Positions 40,900 through 56,136 are shown, numbered from the stretch's first letter. The stretch: 64,000 bases of DNA from Eledone cirrhosa (GCA_964016885.1 OZ024751.1:6386001-6450000); one strand, 5' to 3'. Made by a program: numbers and translations. The notes: generated by a model not told the origin, from the sequence alone.

Positions 40900-43310
40900 G
40901 AGTCTGAACGGACTTCTTTTTGCTCGCTCTCCTAAGTTCACTTATTTACCTATCAAAACTGTTTTTTTGAATTTTTGTTTTTGTGTAAGGCATACAAGCC
41001 CTTGGACTTTGCCCTCTGAAGGGGAAAGAATAATATTTGGTCCTTTTGGCCCAAATATTTGAATTTTTTTACATTTTAAAAAATTTAATTAAAAAAAAAT
41101 CAAAAAAAGAACATGGCTGAGCAACGCCCCAAAGCGATATGTCGGCTGTCGTGCGACAACGATATAGAAGTTGAGAGGAGTGCTACAGCGAAATTAACAC
41201 AAATTGATAACACAAACACTACCACAAACAATGTAAACAAAGACACCAATGATACCAATGAGAAATCTAATTTTGAATAAATGACAGTAACAGCGACAAC
41301 GAAAATGCAGATAACAAAAAAAATGACAAATGCAACAACAATATCAACACCACTAAGATGAAAACAAATAGCGACAACACCAACAGCAACAATACCAACT
41401 GCACCGAGAACAACGGTGGCAACAAAGACAACAATGATATCAGCGACAGTGATAACAACAACAGAAACAAGAACAACGACAACGACAACCACAACGAAAA
41501 CAAGAAGAACACCTTCGATGCGGCAGCAGCAAAAAAGAGGCCATGCTTCAACATGGACCTCTCAAACAAGGATGAAAAGTTGGCCCAGGCATGGAAGCTC
41601 ATCAAGCAAGAGCAAACCTGGGCCAACTTAACTGTCCCGGTAGAAGCTATTGAGGCAGTGGAGCGCAGAACAGTACATTATAGATGCATCTCAGCACAAA
41701 CCAAAAGAGCAGCTATAAACCCCCAATAAGATGTCGAAGTCGCGCTGAGGTGCATCAGAGAAGACACCGAATACATAGAGAGGGGCAGACAGTACGGCAC
41801 CATTTCGGTGTTGTTCAAGTCAGAAGCCCTCGCTATGAAACACGCTATGACTCCTTGCAAAACCAGCAAGGTCATAATGTACCCCTCCCACATTTGAAAG
41901 AGAACGGCCCGTCTCCGCATTCAGAGAATCCCACCAGGACTTAACATGTGGTGGCTTCTGGGATGTGTGATTGTGGAGGTGACGGATACCGTCCCTATAG
42001 AAGTGACCAGAACGGCCAGAGAGGTCTGGTCCGGGGTTGACCTGGAGATCCTTCTCCAGATCAGGCCCGAGAATGTGAAGACAATCCCGGACCACATCCG
42101 CCTTCAGAATAGGACGGTCATTCACATTATGACCGAAGGCAAAAGGCCGCAGTGCTTTGTGTGTGGGGAAAAAACCCATTTGCGAGCCTTCTGCCCTCAA
42201 CTGCTGAAAGAGGCAAGGGGTCAAAAGGCTCCACTGCTGCCGACGCCGGGGCGAGGATCACAACCAACACCAGCACCGGCAAAACTACCAACAACAACAC
42301 CAATAGAATGACAACCACCAACATTGACGACCCAAGGGGGAAACGAGGAAAGCTGTCAAATTCCCTTCCCTCCAAAAATACACACAGCAATAAAACCATA
42401 AACATACATACGGACGCACTTACAGTCACAGACCCCTCATCTACCAGTAGTGAAGATGAGGGAATACCCAAATCCCCCAAAATACAAAAAAGGAAACACA
42501 AAAAGAAAAGAAAACTCAACAGAGCACAAAATCACCCTCAATAAAAAACGCAGACACCACCCACGCAAACATCTCTCCAATAACACCAACATCAACACCA
42601 CGATCCCCAGAATCCCCCAAACGCAAATAACTTAAACAGACGCAAGAACAAATATACACACAAACATATGAAACCACAGACACCGCACTCACAACAAACA
42701 CAGACACAACCTAAACAACACCACCAAAATCACCACCACCACAGCCACGCAAACAAATAAAATCGCACCAACAAAACATACAAAACTTCGTGCTCGTCAT
42801 GAGGGCCAACAAGGAACTGATGGCCCTGGTAGCACGAAGTGAAAATATACAAAAGAGGGGTAAATTTTTAAATCGACCACATTTCGCGTGCCGGAAGATT
42901 TTGTGCTGGTGCGAATGTCGATCGATTTATATAAAGAAATACGAGACAGCTTTCCTCGGGACGTGGGAACCCCGAACGTAAAACCCCCTTCAAGACTTTT
43001 AAAGGGGTTCCCAAAAGAAACCCCACCAACTATGGAGGTCGAACCACCCGACCTTCACATGAGCCCGGAAGGTAAGTAAACCTTTCCTCTCTCTCTTTTT
43101 AACCTGCCAACATGGCCGTATTAAGAGAAGGATGTTTAAATGTTCGAGGCCTGGGATCGTCCTGGAAGCAGGGTCACCTGCTCAATGACCTCAGGTCTCT
43201 AGAAATGGATGTAATTGCCGTCAGCGAGACCAGGATTTCCGAAACGCGCGCACTAACCCCAATTTTCGACGACTATCAGATCTTTGCATCTGTTAGCCGG
43301 TCGGGAATGG
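40900..43310 (+). mobile_element. L1/Tx1-like LINE: disrupted ORF1 with zinc knuckle plus start of ORF2 APE
   Basis: CFVCGEKTHLRAFC (CX2CX4HX4C); MAVLREGCLNVRGL..DVIAVSETR. Confidence 0.8.
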
Positions 43311-44409
43311 TAAAAGAATAGAGGTGTAACACACGAGTTATGATATATTGGTAAAAGGAAAAGAAAATGCTGACAAATTGTTCCCAGTGAAAAATAGTTT
43401 AATTAGGAATAAGTAAAAATTAGTAATAGTATTGGTCAGTATTCAGTTTTAGTTTTAAGTTTTACCGGTTGCGCGATTCTAATGCTATTCAAAAATAATT
43501 TTGAGATAGAGCGCCCGTGATGTTTGCTTTATTCTGTATCACTCATGTCGGATTTTGTTTATCGTGAATTCGTGAGCTGATTTTCCAATACTCGATTATT
43601 CTATTATATTTAGCTCTAGACATAGCTATTGACCAGTTAATTTTATTGTTCATTTTTTGTCGATTCTATTGAATGATGAATAGCTCCTGTTTATTTTAAC
43701 ATGTCTATCGAGCACTATTATTCGATATGTGTATTTCACATTACCGATTATCTTTCGCGAATATAGAGGTTATCTCCCTTGCTGGACTCCATGTGCGTCT
43801 AGCTATAGTTAATTTCTTCATTCGTCGGACATGCCCCGTTGATAAAGTTGTTCCAGTCCCTCCTCTCCCTAGAAGTCTTATATATTTTTATGTGGGCTGA
43901 TAGGGGGCGGATTAAGGAATAGCAGAAACCAAAGAAGCTAGATTTACCACCTTTCTAGTGGGTCCGGGTAAGTTTTTTACATTCATATAATTGATTGATT
44001 TATTGATATTTTATCTGAGTGACCCGAATCTTCCTGGTCGTTATTTTTCGGCTGCACGGGTGATTTTAGGCATGATCTTTGTGTGTTGGTATCTTAACGA
44101 TAGTTATAGCTCAGATTTATCTGAATTATTGAGCCCTCTGCCACTCATGTCGGATTTTGTTTATCGTGAATTCGTGAGCTGATTTTCCGATACTCGATTA
44201 TTCTATTATATATATATATATATATATATATACTATATATATATACTATATATATATATATACTATATATATATATATACTATATATATATATATACTAT
44301 ATATAGATATATATATTATATATATATATATATTTATATATAATATATATATTTATATATATATATACGATATATATATATATAGTATATATATATATAT
44401 ATATATATA

Positions 44410-44481
<72 letters not shown>

Positions 44482-44526
44482 TATATATATATATACATAT
44501 AGTATATATTTATATATATAGTATAA

Positions 44527-44945
44527 ATGGAATTTCAAATTTGGCGGTCATTCGAGGTGAGAGAGAGCAACTTTGCGGACATGATTTTTGACAGCGGTAA
44601 GAAATTGTTTTCTCATATCAATATTTAATGGGCTTCCACTGATGATTTATAAGTGCCCACCTAAATATATACTTACATGAATATATATTAGGCTTCTACA
44701 TAAACTGGAAACATTCTCCCAAACTTGTAGAAAACTTATCATGAAACAATTGTTTGGAAAGAGAGATATACTTAGCATTAATTATGTCTCATAAAATAAT
44801 ACAACTCGTTTTTCCACATTGTACATATTGTTAGCACCCCAAACACTTAAATTGGGTTTATATTTTAATATAAGCTAATGCTTGTTGAGTGAGATGCTTA
44901 CCAGTCAGAGTTTAGCTTTAAACTATCTCTGTTATTGTATTAAGT
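44527..44945 (+). mobile_element. Diverged partial copy of the 990-bp HHR element
   Basis: Aligns with 21726-22140; between TA tracts. Confidence 0.9.
44634..44759 (+). ncRNA. Hammerhead with branched helix II, third copy
   Basis: ttcca-CTGATGA..GAA-ACAATTGT-T-tggaa; the core differs only at the variable N7 position. Confidence 0.8.
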
Positions 44946-44994
44946 ATATATATATCAGATGTGAAAAAAACCACAGACACTCCATCTCAACTCT

Positions 44995-45032
44995 ACTTTT
45001 GAAAAGCAGAAGAACTGCGAAACCGGTAAGAC
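44995..45032 (+). ncRNA. Hammerhead, U3-A8 variant, weak helix I
   Basis: TTGAAAA-gcag/ctgc-GAA-ACCGGT-A. Confidence 0.55.
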
Positions 45033-45119
45033 TCCAGTTGCATTTTCGATTTCATCTTTTTTGCTTTAAACTTTCACTCGTGTTATTTTTCATTTTGTAA
45101 AAAAAACCTCACTTTCTAA

Positions 45120-45523
<404 letters not shown>

Positions 45524-45548
45524 GTATAAAATCAATACAATATAATTA

Positions 45549-45618
45549 CCTCATTGCCAGAGGTTTCCCGAATGAGGCGAATACGAAATAAACGACTTCA
45601 TTCGTTCGTCAGATGAGG
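45549..45618 (-). ncRNA. Type I hammerhead, U16.1 mutated
   Basis: cctcat-CTGACGA-cgaatga/tcattcg-GAA-ACC-tct-GGC-A-atgagg. Confidence 0.7.
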
Positions 45619-46423
45619 CAATATAAAACATGGGCAAATACTTAGAAAAACACATCAAGAAAATCAAAAAAATATATAGATAAATGAAATAGAAATTGAA
45701 ATATATAAAAACTATCAAGAAAAATAGTTAGGTGTGTGTATGTGTATGTATATACGCTCATAGATGTGCATATATGTATATGTGCACGTGTAAATGTATG
45801 GTTAGAAAGTGTGCGTAATTATAAAAGTTTAGGGCAAATGTATCTATATGTCTGTATTATACAGACGGAAATGGTTACTTCGTAAAATAAGAAAATAAAG
45901 TCGCGCGCATAAAAACGCCTGGACACTCATACACTAAGATGCGGAAAGAAAGGAGATAAAGAGAGTATAATAAATAAAAGAAAAGTATCTATTACGATAT
46001 ATTTATAAAAATATAGTAACGATAAATTAGAAAGACAAGATAGAAAGAAAAAATTAAAGAAAACAAAAAAAGCGGGGGTACATACATACACAGACACGCG
46101 TGTCTCACAAAAGAAATGTAAAAATAATTATGCTTATATACACACGCTCACTTACACTTCCATACGTTCGATACGAACATACACACACACACATACACAT
46201 ACTTATACTCGCGCAATTAAACCTGTTTGCATGCCCATGTATGAAACTGGGTAAGTAACAAAAGAGGAAGGGGGGGGGGGGAGAAAAAAGAAAAAAGAAA
46301 AAAGAAACAAAAAAATATATAAAACCGAAATGTCAAAAACACGGATATAAAGACACTTACACATACGCATAATATACACACACACACACAAACACCAGTA
46401 CACACACGCATACATACACGTAC

Positions 46424-46464
<41 letters not shown>

Positions 46465-46955
46465 CATGCACGCACGCGCGCGCACATACGTAGTCACTCA
46501 TGTACATATGTAAAAAAAAGTATACACACATTAAGGCGTTCAGCCATATTGAAATGTGGATAAATAAATACAAATATAAAATTGTAGGATAGGCTGCGCA
46601 AAAATAAAATAAAAATAAAAATGAAAAATATATCTGGATTGAAAAACACAAAAGACAAGTATAATCAGTTAGTAGAGGAACAAGGGAAGTAAAAGAAGGG
46701 GAAGTAAAAAATAGAAAATAGGAAGTGGATCGGAGAATAAGGGGGGGGGGGGGTGAAGTAAAAATAAATAAAAAAATAAATAAAAGTGAAAATAAATGAA
46801 ATTATTGACAAGGATAAGAATGAAAGTAAGTCAGAAAGGGTAATTAAAAAGAGAATAATCAGAGTTTATGGAGGATAAGTGTCTGAAAGTGTGTTAAGTT
46901 TATATGAGCTGGAAAGCAGGTGTGATTTCATAACTTAACACACTTTCAGACACTC

Positions 46956-47483
46956 GTGGTGACCGCAGCAGAACCGAATGGCCCAGTGACCTGTTCCAGT
47001 CCCTGTCTGTTGCAGCTAATCTGAGTGTTGAAATCACCGATCAGTAGTTTGATGTCATGGCTGGGCAAGTTATTAAATGTGTCCTGCAGCTGTACGTAGA
47101 AGGCGTCCTTGTCGATGTCGGTTGCGTCATCAATTGATGCGTAGCCCCGAACAACAGTGATTTTCGCATGCCCACTTCGAAAACGGAAGGTTATGATGCG
47201 CTCGCTGACTGGCTCTCATCCGATCAATGCTCGAGTTGCTGGGGCGCTAAGCACAAGTCCAACGCCATGAAAGTGCTTGTCTTGGTGTCCAGAGTAGAGC
47301 AGAGTTGTGTCTCCACTGCCACTCATCTTTCCGCTGCCTGTCCTGCGCATTCCACTCACGCCCAGAATGTCCTGTTGGTAGTGGTCGAACTCGCGAAGTA
47401 GCTGAGCCAGCTTTCCTACCTGGGATAGTGTACGCACGTTCCAAGTTCCAATTCGCAACTTTGTTTTGGTGCTCAGAATGCGG
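46956..47483 (-). mobile_element. RTE-clade LINE APE endonuclease fragment
   Basis: LRIGTWNVRTL..DILGVS..LLYSG..GVG..SERII..FY.QLQ..LIGDFN, with a stop. Confidence 0.85.
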
Positions 47484-47534
<51 letters not shown>

Positions 47535-47749
47535 TAAGTCAGAGTGCACATCTACATATGTATACGGAAGTATTAGTATGCATATATATACACACATGTA
47601 TAAATATGTACATGCACTGAGTTTTTCACTAGACACTTTACAGTGAGTGTCAGCTAGTCTGTATGTAACCACACAGTCGAACCGGGTTTTAGAGTCATAC
47701 GAGTTTTCAAGGAAACACATTTCCTCTATTCTCCAGAGAGCCAGACAGG

Positions 47750-47794
47750 AACATTGGACTAGTTTCGATGTTATCACATCTCATCAGCAATATT
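47750..47794 (-). ncRNA. Minimal type I hammerhead
   Basis: aatattg-CTGATGA-gatgt/acatc-GAA-ACTAGT-C-caatgtt. Confidence 0.9.
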
Positions 47795-48218
47795 TACCCA
47801 TCCTCCGGCTTCTCTGGAGAACTGCAAAAGCACACACCGCCATATGCTCCCTCTATGAAAACTAGTAGTGGGTAGACCAATTTGCATAGAACGTGAGTCA
47901 TTGTACGCACCGGTTCAGCGGAAACGATAAAAACAAATAACGAAACGAAATTAAATTTCGTTTCGCTTCTAACTCACTTTTGTATGACTGACGCTTAAAC
48001 AATTAAGTCAAAGTGCACATCTACATATGTAAACGGAAGTATTAGTATGCATATAAATACACACATGTATACATATGTACATGCACTGAGTTTTTCACTA
48101 GACACTTTACAGTGAGTGTCAGCTAGTATGTATGTAACCACACAGACGGACCGGGTTTTAGAGTCATACGAGTTTTCAAGGAAACACATTTCCTCTATTC
48201 TCCAGAGAGCCAGACAGG

Positions 48219-48263
48219 AACATTGGACTAGTTTCGATGTTATCACATCTCATCAGCAATATT
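48219..48263 (-). ncRNA. Minimal type I hammerhead
   Basis: Identical copy. Confidence 0.9.
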
Positions 48264-48687
48264 TACCCATCCTCCGGCTTCTCTGGAGAACTGCAAAAGC
48301 ACACACCGCCATATGCTCCCTCTATGAAAACTAGTAGTGGGTAGACCAATTTGCATAGAACGTGAGTCATTGTACGCACCGGTTCAGCGGAAACGATAAA
48401 AACAAATAACGAAACGAAATTAAATTTCGTTTCGCTTCTAACTCACTTTTGTATGACTGACGCTTAAACAATTAAGTCAAAGTGCACATCTACATATGTA
48501 TACGGAAGTATTAGTATGCATATAAATACACACATGTATACATATGTACATGCACTGAGTTTTTCACTAGACACTTTACAGTGAGTGTCAGCTAGTCTGT
48601 ATGTAACCACACAGACGGACCGGGTTTTAGAGTCATACGAGTTTTCAAGGAAACACATTTCCTCTATTCCCCAGAGAGCCAGACAGG

Positions 48688-48732
48688 AACATTGGACTAG
48701 TTTCGATGTTATCACATCTCATCAGCAATATT
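48688..48732 (-). ncRNA. Minimal type I hammerhead
   Basis: Identical copy, 5 nt from the inversion junction. Confidence 0.9.
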
Positions 48733-48913
48733 TACCCAGAAGCGAAACGAAATTTAATTTCGTTTCGTTATTTGTTTTTATCGTTTCCGCTGAACCGGTG
48801 CGTACAATGACTCACGTTCTATGCAAATTGGTCTACCCACTACTAGTTTTCATAGAGGGAGCATATGGCGGTGTGTGCTTTTGCAGTTCTCCAGAGAAGC
48901 CGGAGGATGGGTA

Positions 48914-48958
48914 AATATTGCTGATGAGATGTGATAACATCGAAACTAGTCCAATGTT
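48914..48958 (+). ncRNA. Minimal type I hammerhead
   Basis: Identical copy, GUC site at 48949-48951. Confidence 0.9.
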
Positions 48959-49382
48959 CCTGTCTGGCTCTCTGGAGAATAGAGGAAATGTGTTTCCTTG
49001 AAAACTCGTATGACTCTAAAACCCGGTCCGTCTGTGTGGTTACATACAGACTAGCTGACACTCACTGTAAAGTGTCTAGTGAAAAACTCAGTGCATGTAC
49101 ATATGTATACATGTGTGTATTTATATGCATACTAATACTTCCGTATACATATGTAGATGTGCACTTTGACTTAATTGTTTAAGCGTCAGTCATACAAAAG
49201 TGAGTTAGAAGCGAAACGAAATTTAATTTCGTTTCGTTATTTGTTTTTATCGTTTCCGCTGAACCGGTGCGTACAATGACTCACGTTCTATGCAAATTGG
49301 TCTACCCACTACTAGTTTTCATAGAGGGAGCATATGGCGGTGTGTGCTTTTGCAGTTCTCCAGAGAAGCCGGAGGATGGGTA

Positions 49383-49427
49383 AATATTGCTGATGAGATG
49401 TGATAACATCGAAACTAGTCCAATGTT
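49383..49427 (+). ncRNA. Minimal type I hammerhead
   Basis: Identical copy. Confidence 0.9.
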
Positions 49428-49758
49428 CCTGTCTGGCTCTCTGGGGAATAGAGGAAATGTGTTTCCTTGAAAACTCGTATGACTCTAAAACCCGGTCCGT
49501 CTGTGTGGTTACATACAGACTAGCTGACACTCACTGTAAAGTGTCTAGTGAAAAACTCAGTGCATGTACATATGTATACATGTGTGTATTTATATGCATA
49601 CTAATACTTCCGTATACATATGTAGATGTGCACTTTGACTTAATTGTTTAAGCGTCAGTCATACAAAAGTGAGGTAGAAGCGAAACGAAATTTAATTTCG
49701 TTTCGTTATTTGTTTTTATATATATATAGTTATATAATAAACAACATAAGATAATTAT

Positions 49759-49819
49759 TTCATTTACCAGTGGTTTCTTGAACACATAAGTTGTATCTGT
49801 CTTGAATCGTCAGAATGAA
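49759..49819 (-). ncRNA. Type I hammerhead (family shared with 53574)
   Basis: ttcatt-CTGACGA..GAA-ACCA-c-TGGT-A-aatgaa. Confidence 0.7.
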
Positions 49820-50771
49820 TAAAAAATATGGCGTTTTATTAAATATGGATTTGAAAATAAAATTTAGAAAATGTGAAAGTGAGGCGGAAAAAAACTGGCG
49901 AAACGGAATTAGAGGAAAAAAATAAAATATGTATATATATATATATAAGAATAAAAATATAAATATAAATATCTAGAACGTAAACATACACACAATCAAC
50001 TACGCGCATATACTAAATAGTATATACACAAACGTATTAGCGTCTACAAAGAAATATGGACAGAAACATATATACATACACATACATATACACAGATATA
50101 TACAAAAATACATGCACATACATATACACAGATATATACACTCAACTTTGGGAGGTGGTAAGCAAGCAGAAATAACTAAATATAAAAAAAATAAGAACAA
50201 AATATATATATATATATATAAAAACGAAATAAAGTAAAAGAAGGGGGGACGTGTTGACAACGATAGGTGTGTGTGGGGGGGGAAATAAAAACAACATGAA
50301 TATAAGCAAATACAGAAGATATGTATATACATATATATATACACGTACATACATATACATAAACATACATATATACCTATATACACATGGGCATGCATAT
50401 ACATATATATACACATATATAAACGCATATTTACACACACATACACACACACAAATATATATAAACACATACATACATACATACAAAAACACACACATCC
50501 ACATGCATACACATACAAAAAACCCTTACAATCAATAAATGAATTTCAAAGGTACATAACCCAAGTACATACGTTCACATACGCGTTCGCACACACTCAC
50601 GCAATAAGAAATTAACGCACGCATACAAATAAACATATACGTAATTCCATACACGCATATATAAATATATATACAAAGATATATATACACAAACACATGC
50701 ATACATAAATACAAGTACATATAAACAAATATATACATACATATCTATAAATACATATATACACACAAACG

Positions 50772-50814
<43 letters not shown>

Positions 50815-50821
<7 letters not shown>

Positions 50822-52950
50822 ATCAAAAGATGGTTAAAAGTGTTCCATGTATTTTATTATGCGCATTTCAAAAACAAATATCATCATGCGATGACATTTG
50901 CGTTTTCGGCAGATAAAATAGGGAGACATGATATGAAGTTTAAAAAACACTTGTGAATAGTGCAATTTTAAATCAACATATGAAGAGTAGTTTTAGATTG
51001 ATGTGTGATATTTGGAAAAAAATTGAGAGGGGGGGGGGCGGCTTATGGAAAGGATGAAAAATAAACACCACAATAAAATACTAAATACTAAATCTCTTCC
51101 TTCCAACACTGAATATCATAATAATAGTAATAGTACCCCCGACCTCATTGTTAACTCTAGGATAATTTCTGCAAACCCAAATACAACGTCAAACGCACCT
51201 TCGTTAAATGTTCTTAATCCCAATCTAAATCAAGAAACTATTATTCCTATCGTAAATACTTCTCCAATCCAATTCCTTCTATAGATAACACTAGGTCACT
51301 TGTTAATAACACTGTTAATTTCTCTAATCGCAATTGTAATTGCCCTGTTAAAAATAAATGTCCTCTCAACAACCATTGTCTTGAAAAAAACTTAATCTAT
51401 GAATGTAAAGTTATAACTGACACCAATTCCTTTACTTATTTTGGCTCCACTTCCACCTCCTTTAAAGTTCGTCTTTATAATCATCATTCGTCTTTGAAAT
51501 ACCAACTTAAAAGAACCAACACACCACTCTCAGAACTCACATGGTCCTTGAAAGACAAACATATTAACTATAACATCTCTTGGAGGAAGGTTTGTTCTGC
51601 TTCTCCATACTTGAATGCCTCTCTATCCAAGATATGTAATCTCTGTTTATGTTAGAAATTTACCATTATATCTAATTTAGATTCTATAATAAATAGACGC
51701 ACTGACTTGTTTTCTCTCTGCTTGCATAAATTCCACAGAAGATTCCATAAAGTATACAGCTAATATCTAATACTTTACCAATTTAAAATCCTTTTTCTCA
51801 AAGGCACATATATATATACATATACATTTCTTTAAAAATATACCCATCTTTCTACCTTATTTCAATGTTATTTATTATACTCATTCTATATCACTACTAT
51901 TTATCACTTCCCTTTCTTCCTTTTTTCCTTTTTTCTTTTAATGTCTAACCTCTAATCTGTACCTTTTCTCCCAGATACTTCTCAATTCTCATTATTACTC
52001 ACCACAATATATCCACTCTTCCTTCTTCCATCCTATCACTGGCCATAAAATTTACTATTACCCTTTTACATACTTTATAGTATCACCTTGAAAAATCCTC
52101 CGTAAACATAAACATTTTTTTTTTACGTTAGATTATTCATCCTCAATTCATTATTTTTTTCTCCCTTTCATGCTCATCTAACTTCTACATATTACACATA
52201 TTCATCCACTCTTCTACTTCTTTTCACAATATATCCTTAATTACATTACTATTTTCATATTTTTTTAATAATACATATCAACAATTTCTTTCCATCGCAC
52301 ATATTATTAAACCCTTCAATATTCAAACCTTAACTTAATATTATTCTTAATACATATTAACAATTTCTTTTTATCGCACATATTATTAAACCCTTCAATA
52401 TACAAACCTTAATTTAACATTATTCTTAAATTTTTCTCTTCGTTAATTTTCAAATTCTTTTAATTTATATATTATCTTCCAACGGTTTTTTAACCTCTCT
52501 CTGTAAAACAATATATTTTTCTCAGTTATAAAAGCTATCTCTCTCTCTCTATCACCCATCTCTCCTCCTATCTCATCCTTCCTTATTATACTCCTCCCCC
52601 TCCATTATTTACTCTCATCTCCTCCTCTTGTTCATCCTTTCCAACCCCCCTCCTCAATTTTTTCAAAATATCACACAGCAATCTAATACTAATTTTCATA
52701 TGTTGATTTAAAACTTCACTATTCACAAGTGTTTTTTAACCTTCATATCATGTCTCCCTATTTTATCTGACGAAAACGTAAATGTCATAACATGATGATA
52801 TTTGTTTTTGAAATGCGCATAATAAAATACATGGAACTCTATTAACCATCCTTTGATCTTATATATTATGTATACTCCAGTCTATAGAGTGCTACTTATC
52901 CGATATCGGCATTGCTTTATTGTACTACAATAAAACTCACCTCCTACATA
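50815..52950 (+). mobile_element. 5'-truncated Nematis-like PLE with inverted pseudo-LTR (about 220-bp arms)
   Basis: CNCPVKNKCPLNNHCLEKNLIYECKV..YFGSTSTSFKVRLYNHH at 51335-51760; 50815-51035 mirrors 52646-52866. Confidence 0.88.
52759..52829 (+). ncRNA. Type I hammerhead
   Basis: tattttat-CTGACGA-..aaatgtcat/..atattt..-GAA-ATGCGCAT-A-ataaaata; mirror copy 50850-50920 has CTGCCGA. Confidence 0.8.
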
Positions 52951-53070
52951 TATATATATATATATATATTCACATACATACACACACACATATATATATA
53001 AATAAGGCGTGATGAGTAAAGAAGAAGCTCAAGGTGGTTGAGTAATCGTAGGTAAGTTAATCCAGTTAAA

Positions 53071-53272
53071 ATGTGGATGCGATTTCAGGTAAGATCTCAT
53101 CAGATAAAATACAAAAGGTTTTATAGATATTTGACAGGAAAGAGTTTACAGGGATAACTAGAACCGTTAGAGTATATTAACTGTGGTCATATCAAATATT
53201 TATAAAATTTTCTGTATTTTATCTGATGATAGCATACCAAAATGTTGGTACCCTTGAAATATATATAATTGA
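53071..53272. ncRNA. Two divergent hammerhead-like motifs sharing a 38-bp inverted repeat
   Basis: Plus: CTGATGA-tacca/tggta-GAA-ATATATAT-A (53223-53267); minus: CTGATGA..GAAATCGCATC. Confidence 0.5.
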
Positions 53273-53314
53273 ATAAATATGGTTTTATAAATGTAGTTTC
53301 CATTTATTTAATAT

Positions 53315-53470
<156 letters not shown>

Positions 53471-53472
53471 TA

Positions 53473-53516
<44 letters not shown>

Positions 53517-53573
53517 TATATATATATATATATATATACTACTTATGTAATAAACAACATAAGATAATTATTT

Positions 53574-53627
53574 CATTTACCAGTGGTTTCTTGAAGGCAG
53601 ATGTGTCTGTCTTCAGTCGTCAGAATG
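53574..53627 (-). ncRNA. Type I hammerhead
   Basis: catt-CTGACGA-tgaag..cttca-GAA-ACCA-c-TGGT-A-aatg. Confidence 0.8.
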
Positions 53628-53699
53628 GATAAATAACATGGTGTTTTTATTAAATATGGATTTGATATTCACTTCTGCGTTTACAAATTGACTTTGTCA

Positions 53700-53748
53700 G
53701 TTTCAGAAGATCCCGTTAAGGGGGAAAGCAGCGATTCTTTGCTTAAAC
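53700..53748 (+). ncRNA. Hammerhead-like motif with U4A core
   Basis: gttt-CAGAAGA-tccc/gggg-GAA-AGCA..TGCT-T-aaac. Confidence 0.6.
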
Positions 53749-53765
53749 TTTAATCTGTTATTTTA

Positions 53766-54457
<692 letters not shown>

Positions 54458-55349
54458 TATGGATTTACGTATATATGTTTATATGTATGTGTATATATAT
54501 GTGTGTGTATGTGTGTTTATATATTTATATGTATATATATGTGTGCATATATATATATACATATATGTGTGTGTGTTTGTGTGTATAGGTATATATGCAT
54601 GTATATGTGTATATATACATGTATGTATATATATGTATATGCATATCGTATGTATTTGTTTATTTTTAAGTTGATTTTATTTATCCCCCCCCCCCCACAC
54701 ACACACACACTCAAACCTTTCATTGTCAACACCTCGCCTTTTAGAATTTATTTTGATTTTCATTTTGATTTTGATATATATAAAGCAATATATATCATTA
54801 ATCGGTAGATGTCGTGATAGAGTTATGTAATAATGATGATAGAACGGAGGTAATTATTAGCTGTCAACATCGAAGGGCTAATTCCTTCGCCAACAGAATA
54901 TTTGACACAACATAGTCATCTAGTCCCATTTTTAATTATAGCTAATAAGTTAAATAGTTATAGCTAACTTAGATAATTATAAGTTACCTTCTTACATTGT
55001 CTTGCAATAAAAAAAAATAGCACTTCTTAACTATAAACTACCCAGAATTTCTAATTTCTCGAGGGGTTACTTCCCCTGAAACCACGCTCTAATTAGTAAG
55101 GTAAATATGTCCATTGGCGGTCATCTTGTTACCCATAGACAGATCTCGCACAATGCAACCTCGACAGAAGAATATTGCTCGACTATGGCAGACAATAGAT
55201 ATACCCAGAACACCATAGTGAAATTCCAATATATGGAACATTACATTCATGTAACATTCTTTATTTTAATTTATACTCCTTTTGAAGTTTCGATGAGCTG
55301 CTCTAATTTTACCTAATTTAATTATCTTAACCTAAACCAGATCAATAAT

Positions 55350-55533
55350 TGTTTCTACGTTTGGCACAAGGCCAGCAATTACCCAGTGCATTACATGTAC
55401 TTTATTTTATCGACCCTGTAAGGATGAAAGGCAAAGTTAACCTCAGCGGGATTTAAACTCAGAATGGCAAGGACCGTAAATCTATACGTCAAAGCATGGC
55501 GTTCGACCCTCTACCAATACTGCCAATCCACCG
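55350..55533 (-). mobile_element. Full-length SINE with TSD
   Basis: TSD aaccagatcaataat. Confidence 0.88.
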
Positions 55534-55938
55534 AACCAGATCAATAATGATCTATAATCATTTGATCCAGAAACATTATATGGAGTAGCGAAACAAATTT
55601 AAACAGACATTATTAATATTATTATTATTATTATTCTTATTATTCTTATTATTATTATTCTCTACATTCCTTACATTAAACTAAAACTATGTTAAAAATA
55701 TTTTAATAATGTGTTCCTTGTGAAATTTGTGGTCTTGTTTTGCTTAACTAATGAATATTTCCAGCTCTGTGCACCTAACCTCTGCATGAACCCAGCCACC
55801 TAGCTGCCGTCCACTGCATATTGCACATTGAGCACATGCCTTTATGATTTGGCTTCTAACTAATTGACCAATCTCTCTTCTCTTCTCCTATCTCCTCTCC
55901 TATCTCCATCTCTCTCTTTAAGATTGGTTACTCTTGAA

Positions 55939-55995
<57 letters not shown>

Positions 55996-56136
55996 AAAGA
56001 ACACACAATATAATTACATACATACATACAAATATACTGATAACAAATATAAAAATAAATAAGGTTATACATAATTACATATTCATAAATAAACATAGAC
56101 ATATACTTACATATATATGTATACACACAGAGAAAC

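Larger units (their letters stand above)
47530..49718. mobile_element. 469-bp tandem HHR repeat array (retrozyme-like) with central inversion at 48737/48738
   Basis: Units start at 47530, 47999, 48468, then reversed units from 48738 and 49207; near-identical; flanked by (TA)n. Confidence 0.92.

Noticed and set aside
47484-49651. Repeated 72-83 aa ORFs in the 469-bp array
   Set aside because: Open on both strands, no domain features, non-ATG starts; by-products of the repeat
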